Below, piece after piece: positions 17,991 to 26,442 of a DNA stretch of 60,102 nucleotides (position 1 is the first letter of the stretch; the number at the start of each line of letters is the position of its first letter). Position numbers and translations under genes: made by a program. The stretch is from Rhodanobacter sp. Its GTDB lineage: Bacteria > Pseudomonadota > Gammaproteobacteria > Xanthomonadales > Rhodanobacteraceae. Location of the stretch: the NCBI GenBank assembly GCA_039935315.1, contig JBDTKM010000345.1, forward strand, positions 1 through 60,102, written 5' to 3'. A model generated the notes under the pieces. It did no database searches. It saw nothing but the letters and a program-made list of their open reading frames with translations, and was not told the DNA's origin.

Positions 17991-18857
17991 TCAGAGCTGA
18001 TCCACGGGAATTTTCAGATAGCGCACGCCGTTGTCCTCGGCCGGCGGCAACTGGCCGGCGCGCATATTCACCTGCATCGCAGGCAGGATCAGCTGCGGCA
18101 TCTCCAGCGTAGCGTCGCGTGACGTGCGCATGGCCACAAACCCGGCTTCGCCGATGCCCTCGCGCACGTGGATGTTGCCCGCACGCTCAGCAGCGACCGT
18201 TGTCTCATGGGCAAACTCGGTACGCCCCGGCGCCATGTAATCGTGGCACAGGAAGATTCGGGTGGTATCCGGCAGCGCGAAGATCTTGTGGATCGAGCGG
18301 TACAAGATAGCGGCATCACCACCGGGAAAATCGCAACGCGCGGTGCCGTAGTCGGGCATGAACAGGGTGTCGCCCACGAAGGCGGCGTCGCCGATCACGT
18401 GGGTCATGCAGGCAGGCGTATGGCCAGGCGTGTGGATGGCCATCGCTTCGATCTCGCCCAAGCGGTAGCGTTCGCCATCCGCGAACAGGTGATCGAACTG
18501 ACTGCCGTCACGAACGAAGCCGCGGCCCGCGTTGAACAACAGGCCGAGGGTTTGCTGCACCGCGCGGATATGCTCGCCGATACCCAGCCGGCCACCCAGC
18601 CTGGCCCGCACGTACGGCGCAGCCGACAGGTGATCGGCATGCACATGGGTGTCGATCACCCACTCGATGGTCAGCCGCTGCGCCTGGGCGCAGGCAACCA
18701 TCTGGTCGGCAGCGTGGTGGCCGGTACGCCCGGAGGCAGCATCGTAGTCGAGTACCGGATCGATCACGGCGGCGTGCCGGCTGGCCGGGTCCCACACCAC
18801 ATAGCTGAAGGTGCTGCTGGGTTCGTGGAAGAACACTCTGATTTCGGGACGGTGCAT
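17991..18857 (-). CDS. Persulfide dioxygenase (ETHE1/Sdo/Blh-type MBL fold)
   Basis: IDPVLDYD, THVHADHLS, TPGHTPAC, GDTLFMPDYGTARCDFPGG, CHDY and QVNMRAG; GGAG RBS. Confidence 0.92.
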   Translation of the reverse strand: MHRPEIRVFFHEPSSTFSYVVWDPASRHAAVIDPVLDYDAASGRTGHHAADQMVACAQAQRLTIEWVIDTHVHADHLSAAPYVRARLGGRLGIGEHIRAVQQTLGLLFNAGRGFVRDGSQFDHLFADGERYRLGEIEAMAIHTPGHTPACMTHVIGDAAFVGDTLFMPDYGTARCDFPGGDAAILYRSIHKIFALPDTTRIFLCHDYMAPGRTEFAHETTVAAERAGNIHVREGIGEAGFVAMRTSRDATLEMPQLILPAMQVNMRAGQLPPAEDNGVRYLKIPVDQL

Positions 18858-18985
18858 GGCGAGTTCTCCATCACCTCGGTTCCAAACGGACTCGCACCGG
18901 GCAAGCGGCAACCGGGAAACCGGAGTATGCAGCCGCGCCCGCGACGAATCATCCGGCCGCGGTGCCGAACCCGAGGGTCAGATAC

Positions 18986-21900
18986 TCATTCGTCCGCGAT
19001 CGCCGCAAGATGGCGCCCGTTACCGCGCGACAGCCAGGCGTAATAGAGCAGCGGAATGACCAGCAGGGTCAGCACGGTGGAAACCATCACGCCGAATACC
19101 AACGACACCGCCAGCCCCTGGAAGATCGGGTCACTGAGGATGAAGAGCGCGCCGAGCATCGCCGCCAGCGCAGTGAGGATGATCGGCTTGGCGCGCACCG
19201 CGCCGGCCTTGACCACCGCCTGCTCCAGGCTCAGACCCGCCGCCAGCGAGTGATTGATGAAATCCACCAGCAGGATCGAGTTGCGCACAATGATGCCGGC
19301 CAGCGCAATCATGCCGATCATCGAGGTGGCGGTGAACTGCGCGCCGAACAGCCAGTGCCCCGGCATCACCCCGATCACGGTCAGCGGGATCGGCGCCATG
19401 ATGATCAACGGCACCACGTAACTCTTGAACTGACCGACCACCAGCAGATAGATCAGCAGCAGGCCCATCGAATAGGCGATACCCATGTCGCGGAAGGTCT
19501 CGTAGGTGATCTCCCACTCGCCGCTCCAGCGCACTGAATAACCGGCATCGCTGGCGGGTGGCCCGGTGAACTCTTGCGTCAGATGATGGCCGTCGAGGCG
19601 TGTGTCACTGATCTTGCTGACCAGTCCGAACATGCCGTATACCGGGCTGTCCTCGCTGCCGACGTCATCGCCGGTGACGAAGGTATAGGGCAGCAGATCC
19701 TTGTGGTAGATCGCATCGGCCCAAGGCTTGTCGACCACCTTCACCAGCTCGGATATCGGTACCAGCTGGCCGGCGCTTGAGCGCACGCGCAGGCTGAGGA
19801 TCGAATCCATTGAGCCCAGCGCGGCTTGCGGCAGCCGCAGCATGATCGGCACCGCGTATTTCGCATTTTCGTCGGCAACATAGCTGGCCGGATCACCGTC
19901 CACCCCGGCGCGCAAAGCCGCGACGATCTCGGCCTGACTTACCCCCAGCGCCGCAGCCCGCGTACGGTCAACCTCGACCAGCTGGCGTTTCGCCTGCGGC
20001 TTCTCGACGCTGAGGTTCACGTCGGCGATGCCCGGGGTCTGCTCGAACAACTTTTCCATCGACAGCGCCACCGCGCGCTGGCCCTGGTAATTCGGCCCGT
20101 AGATTTCGGCCACGATCGGCGCCATCACCGGCGGGCCCGGCGGCACCTCGGCTACCACCATATGCGCATGGAAGCGCTTTGCCACGGCCGCCAGCGCCGG
20201 TCGCACTGCCAGCGCGACCTGGTGGCTCTGCCGCGCGCGCGCGCTTTTGTCGACCAGGTTGACCTGGATGTCGCCCTGGTAAGGCTGGTTGCGCAGGTAA
20301 TACTGGCGCACCAGGCCGTTGAAATTCATCGGCGCCGAGGTGCCCGCGTACAACTGGTAATTCTTCACCTCGGGCACCCCGTTCAACACCTGGCTCATGT
20401 CGACCAGGGCGCGATGGGTCTGCTCCAGGGTCGAGCCCTCGGGCATGTTCAGCACCACCTGGAATTCGGACTTGTTGTCGAACGGCAGCATCTTCAGGAC
20501 CACCAGCTTGACCCCGGCCAGGCCCACGGCGAGCAGTACCAGCATGCCCATGCCGAGGAACAGCCGGTGCCGGTTGCGCGCCGCCTTCGGGCCACCCAGG
20601 AACGGGCCCATCACGCGCAGGAACAGGTGCTGCAGGAAGCGGTCGACCTTCGACATCCGCACCACCGATACGCCGGACTCGTCGATTTCCGCCTTGGGCA
20701 GGTGCTGGCGCAGCAATCGGAAGGCCAGCCACGGCGTGACCACGAAAGCCACCGCCAGCGAGATCAGCATGCCGATCGAGGCATTGATCGGAATCGGCCG
20801 CATGTACGGCCCCATCAGGCCACCGACGAAGGCCATCGGCAGCAGCGCGGCGATCACCGTGAAGGTGGCCAGAATGGTTGGGCCACCGACTTCATCCACG
20901 GCCGGCGGAATCGCCTCGAGCAGGTTCTTGCCACCGAGCGCCATGTGCCGGTGGATGTTTTCCACCACCACGATCGCGTCATCGACCAGGATGCCGATCG
21001 AGAAGATCAGCGCGAACAACGACACCCGGTTGATGGTGAACCCGATCGCCCATGAGCCGAACAAGGTGGCGGCCAGGGTGATCACCACCGCCACCCCCAC
21101 CACCACGGCCTCGCGCCAGCCCAACGCGAAGAGCATCAGCAGCACCACCGCGAACGCCGCCAGCGCCAGGTGCAGCATCAATTCGTCGGCCTTGTCGTTG
21201 GCCGTCTGGCCGTAATCGCGGGTCACCGTGGCGTGCATGCCCTCGGGGATATCCACGCCACGCAACGCATTCAGCCGCTCGCGGATGCTGGTGGCGATGG
21301 TGTGCGCGTTGCTGCCGGGCTTCTTGGCAATCGCCAGGGTCACGGCGGGTGCCAGCCCGGTGAGCGGGCCGGTACGGCCCGGCGGCGTGCCGAAGGACGC
21401 CAGCCGGGTTGCGTAATTGGTACTGGAAACCACCCGCGAGACGTCGGACAGGTAGATCGGGTGGCCGTCGGCCAGACCGATCACGAGTTGCGAAACCTCG
21501 CCCGCATTCATCAGCAGGGTGCCGGCCTTGATCGGCTGATCCCGGTTGCCGGCGATCTCGCTGCCGATGTCGGCGGCGACATTGGCCGCCTTCAGGGTGC
21601 GCGCGAGATCGCCCACGCTGAGCTGATAGTTGGCCAGTCTGGCCGGATCAATCTCGACCATCACCGCCTGATCCGGCGCGCCGAGAGTGTAGACGTCCCG
21701 CGTGCCTGGCACCCGCTTGAGCTCGGTTTCGAGCGTATGCGCCACCTTGGCCAGTTGCTCGGGCGTGGTCTCCGGCCGGTCGGACCACAGGGTGACCGCC
21801 ATCATCGGTACGTCATCAATGCCCAGCGGCTTGACCAGCGGCTGGCCGACCCCAAGACCCGGCGGAATCCAGTCGGCATTGGAGTACAGCTTGTTGTAGA

Positions 21901-22249
21901 GGTCGACCAGGGTCTGCTGCCGCGGCACGCCGACGTCGAACTCCACCGTCACCACCGACATGCCCGCACGACTCATCGAATAAACGTGCTTGACGCCGCT
22001 GATCTCGGCCAGCTTCTGCTCCAGCGGGAAGCTGACCAGGTTCTCGACACTGCGTACGCTGGCACCGGGATACGGCACCAGCACGTTGGCCATGGTCACC
22101 TCGATCTGGGGGTCCTCTTCCTTGGGCGTGATGATCGCCGCGGCGATCCCCAGCAGCAGCGCGGCGATCGCCAGCAAAGGGGTGACCTGCGACACCTGGA
22201 ACGTCCGCGCGATGCGCCCGGAGATGCCCAGCTTGGCCGGCTCACTCAT
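18986..22249 (-). CDS. RND efflux permease (AcrB/CzcA superfamily) in the sulfur cluster
   Basis: PKEEDPQI, GILVDDAIVVVENI, GIIVRNSILLVDF and RAKPIILTA; 1087 aa. Confidence 0.92.
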   Translation of the reverse strand: MSEPAKLGISGRIARTFQVSQVTPLLAIAALLLGIAAAIITPKEEDPQIEVTMANVLVPYPGASVRSVENLVSFPLEQKLAEISGVKHVYSMSRAGMSVVTVEFDVGVPRQQTLVDLYNKLYSNADWIPPGLGVGQPLVKPLGIDDVPMMAVTLWSDRPETTPEQLAKVAHTLETELKRVPGTRDVYTLGAPDQAVMVEIDPARLANYQLSVGDLARTLKAANVAADIGSEIAGNRDQPIKAGTLLMNAGEVSQLVIGLADGHPIYLSDVSRVVSSTNYATRLASFGTPPGRTGPLTGLAPAVTLAIAKKPGSNAHTIATSIRERLNALRGVDIPEGMHATVTRDYGQTANDKADELMLHLALAAFAVVLLMLFALGWREAVVVGVAVVITLAATLFGSWAIGFTINRVSLFALIFSIGILVDDAIVVVENIHRHMALGGKNLLEAIPPAVDEVGGPTILATFTVIAALLPMAFVGGLMGPYMRPIPINASIGMLISLAVAFVVTPWLAFRLLRQHLPKAEIDESGVSVVRMSKVDRFLQHLFLRVMGPFLGGPKAARNRHRLFLGMGMLVLLAVGLAGVKLVVLKMLPFDNKSEFQVVLNMPEGSTLEQTHRALVDMSQVLNGVPEVKNYQLYAGTSAPMNFNGLVRQYYLRNQPYQGDIQVNLVDKSARARQSHQVALAVRPALAAVAKRFHAHMVVAEVPPGPPVMAPIVAEIYGPNYQGQRAVALSMEKLFEQTPGIADVNLSVEKPQAKRQLVEVDRTRAAALGVSQAEIVAALRAGVDGDPASYVADENAKYAVPIMLRLPQAALGSMDSILSLRVRSSAGQLVPISELVKVVDKPWADAIYHKDLLPYTFVTGDDVGSEDSPVYGMFGLVSKISDTRLDGHHLTQEFTGPPASDAGYSVRWSGEWEITYETFRDMGIAYSMGLLLIYLLVVGQFKSYVVPLIIMAPIPLTVIGVMPGHWLFGAQFTATSMIGMIALAGIIVRNSILLVDFINHSLAAGLSLEQAVVKAGAVRAKPIILTALAAMLGALFILSDPIFQGLAVSLVFGVMVSTVLTLLVIPLLYYAWLSRGNGRHLAAIADE

Positions 22250-23333
22250 GCGCGGAAGCGCCGCCGGCGTGGTGTGTGGTCAGCCAGCTCACCGCCGCCT
22301 GCGGATCGCGCGCCACCCGCTCGCCATCATCGAGCCCGGCCAGCACCTCGACTTGATCGCCGTCGCGGTTGCCGAGGCGGATCTGGCGCAAGCTGACGCC
22401 GTGATCACCAATCACATACACGGCCACCAGCTCGCCGCGCTGCACCAGCGCCGACGCCGGCACCAGCATGCGTTTCGCCTCACCGGTGGCAAACGCGGCC
22501 TTCACCGTCATCCCCGGAAACAGTCCGGCGTGACCCGCCGGCAACTGCAGGCGCACGTTGAAGGTGTGGGTTGCGGGGTCGGCATAGGGGAACACCTCGA
22601 CCGTGCTGGCCGTCACCCGCGTGCCGTCAGCCAGCAATACGTCGGCAGCATGGAACTTGCGGATCGCGTCGACCGCGCTTTGCGGCACCTGCACGTTGAC
22701 CCGCAGGTCGTCCAGCGCCTGCAACTGGATCAGTGGTTGCGGCGAGGGTGGACCGGCCTGCACGGCCTGGCCCACGTGTACGAAGCGCTGCGTGATGACC
22801 CCCGCGAAAGGGGCGCGCAGCACGGTGTAATCGAGCTGCTGGCCAACCGCGCCCAACTGGGCGCGCGCCGCGGCCAGCGCGGCCTGCGCCGCATCGCGAG
22901 CCGCACGCTGCTGGTCCATCTGTGCGGTGGACACGTACCCCTTGGCATATACCGCCGCGATCCGCTCGTACGAGGCTTGCGCATCCTTGTAGCTGGCCTG
23001 GGCCGAGGCAATCTGCGCCTGCGCCGCATTGCGTGCGGATTTCTGCTCCACGTCGCTGAAACGCACCAGCAGCGCACCCCTGGCCACCACATCGTTGACC
23101 TCGTAGGGCAACTCGAGTACCCGCGCATTGGTCTGGGCGGTGATCGTCACCTGATTTACGGCCTCGACCACGCCATCCCACACCTGTTGGCTGCGCGACG
23201 ATTGGGCATGCACGACCGTGCCGGCCAATGCCGGAGGCGACGACTGGGCGCCGCCGCCAGATGGCTTCCCGCCACAGGCCGCGAGTACGGCCACGCCGAC
23301 GGACAAGGCGAAGAGGCGGGGGTTGAACTGCAT
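22242..23333 (-). CDS. RND periplasmic adaptor (MFP), lipoprotein
   Basis: Lipobox VLAAC, lipoyl-like segments, LRAPFAGVI, PYADPATHTF; overlaps the permease start. Start set at ATG 23333. Confidence 0.9.
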   Translation of the reverse strand: MQFNPRLFALSVGVAVLAACGGKPSGGGAQSSPPALAGTVVHAQSSRSQQVWDGVVEAVNQVTITAQTNARVLELPYEVNDVVARGALLVRFSDVEQKSARNAAQAQIASAQASYKDAQASYERIAAVYAKGYVSTAQMDQQRAARDAAQAALAAARAQLGAVGQQLDYTVLRAPFAGVITQRFVHVGQAVQAGPPSPQPLIQLQALDDLRVNVQVPQSAVDAIRKFHAADVLLADGTRVTASTVEVFPYADPATHTFNVRLQLPAGHAGLFPGMTVKAAFATGEAKRMLVPASALVQRGELVAVYVIGDHGVSLRQIRLGNRDGDQVEVLAGLDDGERVARDPQAAVSWLTTHHAGGASAHE

Positions 23334-23362
23334 GATCGGAACTCGCGGCAGGCTCGGAGGGG

Positions 23363-23569
23363 TCAGGATCGGAACGCGCAACCAGGCTTCACGCCCATCC
23401 CGCTGAGGGCTCTCGCCAGCGGGCAAAACCCGGTGAACGACGACTGCAGCAGGTTGGCTCCGACAAACACGGCCAGCAACAGCCACCAGGGCGAGACAAA
23501 GTGGCCAAGCACCACGCTCAACAGCACCACGCTGCCGGCAAAAGCCAAGACGACACGGTCGATATTCAT
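23363..23569 (-). CDS. DUF2892 / YgaP-like small membrane protein
   Basis: Two TM helices, FVGANLLQSSFTGFCP and terminal GCAF; GAGG RBS. Confidence 0.85.
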   Translation of the reverse strand: MNIDRVVLAFAGSVVLLSVVLGHFVSPWWLLLAVFVGANLLQSSFTGFCPLARALSGMGVKPGCAFRS

Positions 23570-23617
23570 GGTGGGTTTCCTCAGGTAGTGCGGCGACAGG
23601 TAGCCGCCGACAGGGGG

Positions 23618-24001
23618 TCAGCACGCCTCGTCAATCATCTCGCGGGTGGCACGCTCGACCTCGGCGGCAATCGTGGCCAGGCGCGGGTCGTCAGACAACT
23701 GGGCCAGCATCTGCTGCGGCCGGATCATGCCGAGGTAGGTCTTGCCGGCCTTCGAGTACACCGAGATGCGGCACGGCAGGGCCATGTTGAGCTGGATGTC
23801 GATGGCCAGCACCTTGGCCGCCTGCTGCGGGCTGCACACCTCGAATACCTTGCACTGGTCGGCAAAGTCGATGCCCTTGCTGCGCAGGGTGGTACCGAGG
23901 TCGTGTACGTGCAGAACGCCGAACTGGTGGCGCTTGACGGCGGCGTCAAGATCCGTGCTGGCTTGTTCGAACGATTTGCTGGTTTCAACGGTGTAGTACA
24001 T
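23618..24001 (-). CDS. DUF302 family protein
   Basis: FGVLHVHD, FEVCSP and ALPCRISVY; AGGAG RBS. Confidence 0.85.
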   Translation of the reverse strand: MYYTVETSKSFEQASTDLDAAVKRHQFGVLHVHDLGTTLRSKGIDFADQCKVFEVCSPQQAAKVLAIDIQLNMALPCRISVYSKAGKTYLGMIRPQQMLAQLSDDPRLATIAAEVERATREMIDEAC

Positions 24002-24019
24002 GGGAAACTCCTGGCCTGC

Positions 24020-24613
24020 TCAGGCCTCAGGTGATGCCCGGTCGGCCGTCGCCACCGGTTTGGCGGGCTTGCGCCGAGGCAGCATGCGCAGCAAGGTGTC
24101 GTCGCGCATGAAGTAGTGGTGGTACAGGGCCGCGGCGGCATGCAGCCCGATCAAGTAGTAGCCGATCGTGCCGATCGTTTCGTGCACTTCCTTGACCGAG
24201 CCAGCGAGTGCCTTGTCCGGCGCCACCAGCGCGGGCAACTCCAGGCCCAAAAACGGAATCACCTTGCCGCCGGCACTCAAGCTCAGCCAGCCCAGTACCG
24301 GCATGATGATCAGGAACGCGTACAGTGCCGCGTGCATCAGCCCGGCCAGATGCCGCTGCCACGCGGCGATCTGCGGCGACATCTGCGGCGACGGCGTGAC
24401 GAAACGAATCGCCAGGCGCAGCCAGACCAGCGCAAACACGCTCAAGCCGAGCATGAAGTGCCACATCTTCAGGTTGGCACGCAGGTCACTGCCCTTCGTC
24501 GCCAACCCGTGCAGCTCGATACAGGCATAGACGCCAATCACCAGCAGCAGCATCAGCCAATGCATGAAGATCGACAGCGAACCATAGCGATCAGTGGTGT
24601 GGTTCCAGCTCAT
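24020..24613 (-). CDS. Cytochrome b561 (CybB/YceJ-like)
   Basis: Four heme-ligand His in HWL, WHFMLG, VHE and LHAAAALYHH; ends DDTLLRM. Confidence 0.9.
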   Translation of the reverse strand: MSWNHTTDRYGSLSIFMHWLMLLLVIGVYACIELHGLATKGSDLRANLKMWHFMLGLSVFALVWLRLAIRFVTPSPQMSPQIAAWQRHLAGLMHAALYAFLIIMPVLGWLSLSAGGKVIPFLGLELPALVAPDKALAGSVKEVHETIGTIGYYLIGLHAAAALYHHYFMRDDTLLRMLPRRKPAKPVATADRASPEA

Positions 24614-24747
24614 CGGGTCGTCTCCGGTTGCCGTGTCGGAAGTGCGCGGGTCACCGTGATCTCGTGTTCCTCACCGAGCATTTCGCGGATTTCACAGGCG
24701 GCCGACATGCCGCCCAGTCCCGCATCCAGGATCACGATCTTTGCCAT
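24610..24747 (-). pseudogene. sqr: Truncated sulfide:quinone oxidoreductase-like remnant (45 aa)
   Basis: Manual translation MAKIVILDAGLGGMSAACEIREMLGEEHEITVTRALPTRQPETTR*. The first ~32 aa resemble SQR N-termini (FAD-binding GxGxxG changed to DAGLGG). RBS GAGAGG; the stop overlaps the b561 start (ATGA). Confidence 0.7.
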
Positions 24748-24866
24748 GGTCCGACGCCTCTCGGTTTGGATTCAACAGCCTTCACATCGCGTGGAGTTGC
24801 TGACAGGATGACCGCTCGCTCAGCGCAGCTATTTGACGATGATCAAGGTGGATCAAATAGAATTTT

Positions 24867-24896
24867 AATCTAAATTAGATTTATCTTAATTAGATA
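24867..24896. promoter_or_regulatory. Two abutting palindromes (AATCT-N5-AGATT, TATCT-N5-AGATA), candidate BigR-type operators
   Basis: AT-rich patch in the divergent region between the sulfur operon and the ArsR gene. Confidence 0.65.
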
Positions 24897-24956
24897 CACA
24901 TGTTAAAGTCAACCCGCAAGAACGAGCCCGTGTCCTGTCTTTCGAGAGATCAAGCC

Positions 24957-25331
24957 GTGCCGCTACCCGTCAACGCGAATCTGAGTGCCATGCAGTCGCA
25001 GGCTGCCGATGCTTCCCGTCTGCTCAAGACGCTGGGCAACGCGCAGCGCCTGCGCGTGCTGTGCCTGCTCGTCGACCACGAAATGTCCGTCGGTCAAATC
25101 AACGAGCAGCTACCCGACCTGAGCCAGTCGGCGCTGTCCCAACACTTGGCGAAACTGCGCGAAGAGGGGCTGGTGGTGACCCGTCGGGAAGCCCAGACGA
25201 TCTGGTACACGCTCAAGCAAGGCCCGGCAGAGCAGATCATCACTACGCTCTACGGCATTTACTGCGTACCCGGGGCCGAAGACGAGCGGTCACGGGCCAA
25301 GGTCACCCACAAGAAAGCCAGCAAGCGGTAG
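24957..25331 (+). CDS. ArsR/SmtB-family persulfide-sensing repressor, BigR/SqrR-like
   Basis: RLRVLCLL and LYGIYC carry the two-Cys pair typical of BigR/SqrR; SQSALSQHLAKLR HTH. Start uncertain (24900, 24957 or 24990). Confidence 0.88.
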   Translation: MPLPVNANLSAMQSQAADASRLLKTLGNAQRLRVLCLLVDHEMSVGQINEQLPDLSQSALSQHLAKLREEGLVVTRREAQTIWYTLKQGPAEQIITTLYGIYCVPGAEDERSRAKVTHKKASKR

Positions 25332-25567
25332 GCGGCAGCATCGTGGATGACTATCCCGATGTCGCCCACACTGGCGACGGCGAGAGCAAGCCCAGCAACC
25401 TCTGCCGTGCGCGACAAGTGGCGACCGCCACGTACTCGACGAGGCCACCACGCCGCATCGAGGTCATCGCGCCAGGCACATGCACCAGGCTACCCTGAGC
25501 CAGATGACAATCGATACGCCGCGATCCTTGATGGCGGCATCCTTGGCCCATCGAACGGGGCTACAAC

Positions 25568-25645
25568 GCCAGCGTCCAAACCGACTGTCGACTCGTCCAG
25601 CAGCAAGATAGGCTGATCAGCCAGCAGTGCGCGTGACTTCGCAAT
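25568..25645 (-). pseudogene. ABC-ATPase fragment (Walker B/D-loop)
   Basis: Reads IAKSRALLADQPILLLDESTVGLDAG; no Walker A or signature motif in frame. Confidence 0.55.
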
Positions 25646-26442
25646 GGACCTGGTCCGATCAGGCTGCCCGCAAGCTGATGCCGGCGCTGCGATCTGACAC
25701 CGCATTTATGGGGCGCAGGTGGCCCTATCCAAACATGAACGACGGTTTTGCTCCCGCTGGCTGCCAACCGCTTGGGTGCCGGTGCAGATGACGAGGCCGA
25801 CACGTGCACCGGCGCTGGCCGCTCGGGCCAGATCCAACGACGTGGGCGCCACTTCACAAGCGAATCGGTTCCTCGGCCCGCACCCCGCCGGAATCAACCG
25901 GTAGCGCCAGTCCTTGATCGCGCCGCGGCGCGCCGGGTTGCCGGCGCGGAACAAAGCGTCCAGAGAGGGAAGTTACGCCGGTGGCGCGGAGATCTCACGT
26001 GCCGATTGACATGTTGCGCCGTGCGTTTGGACGTCTATCCTTGACGCCTTCAATGCCGACGCGCGACGCGGACCATCAGGGCAACATGCACGACAAGTGG
26101 GGAACAGGCACATCAGCAACAGCGCGAGTTACGTCGCGCCGCTGAAGGGGCCGATCCCACTTCGGTTGGTCACCACACCAAGCCGCGGACGATATACTGG
26201 GGAGTCGCACTTGACGTGAGGATGCGCCGCGCCGATCGCCGTCGTTCGACGAGACTTGGCGGCTTGCTGCCTATCTGGCGATTTCGTCGCGGTATGGCGC
26301 CAACACCTTTGTGTCGACGGCGGGGAACTGCGCGGTACCCACCGGGCGGCGCCCAACGAAGGTTTTCACCCAGCGCAAGCCGCGCTGGCAGACATGCATT
26401 CACCGCACCGGTTTTGTCAGTCACACGATCAGGAAATCATCC

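Noticed and set aside
17991-18857. Calling this a metallo-beta-lactamase or glyoxalase II
   Set aside because: Motifs and neighbours (DUF442, TauE, BigR-like) fit persulfide dioxygenase better.
25706-25954. 82-aa ORF with AIKDWRY, faintly like a TonB C-terminal motif
   Set aside because: Similarity too short; no RBS or other support.
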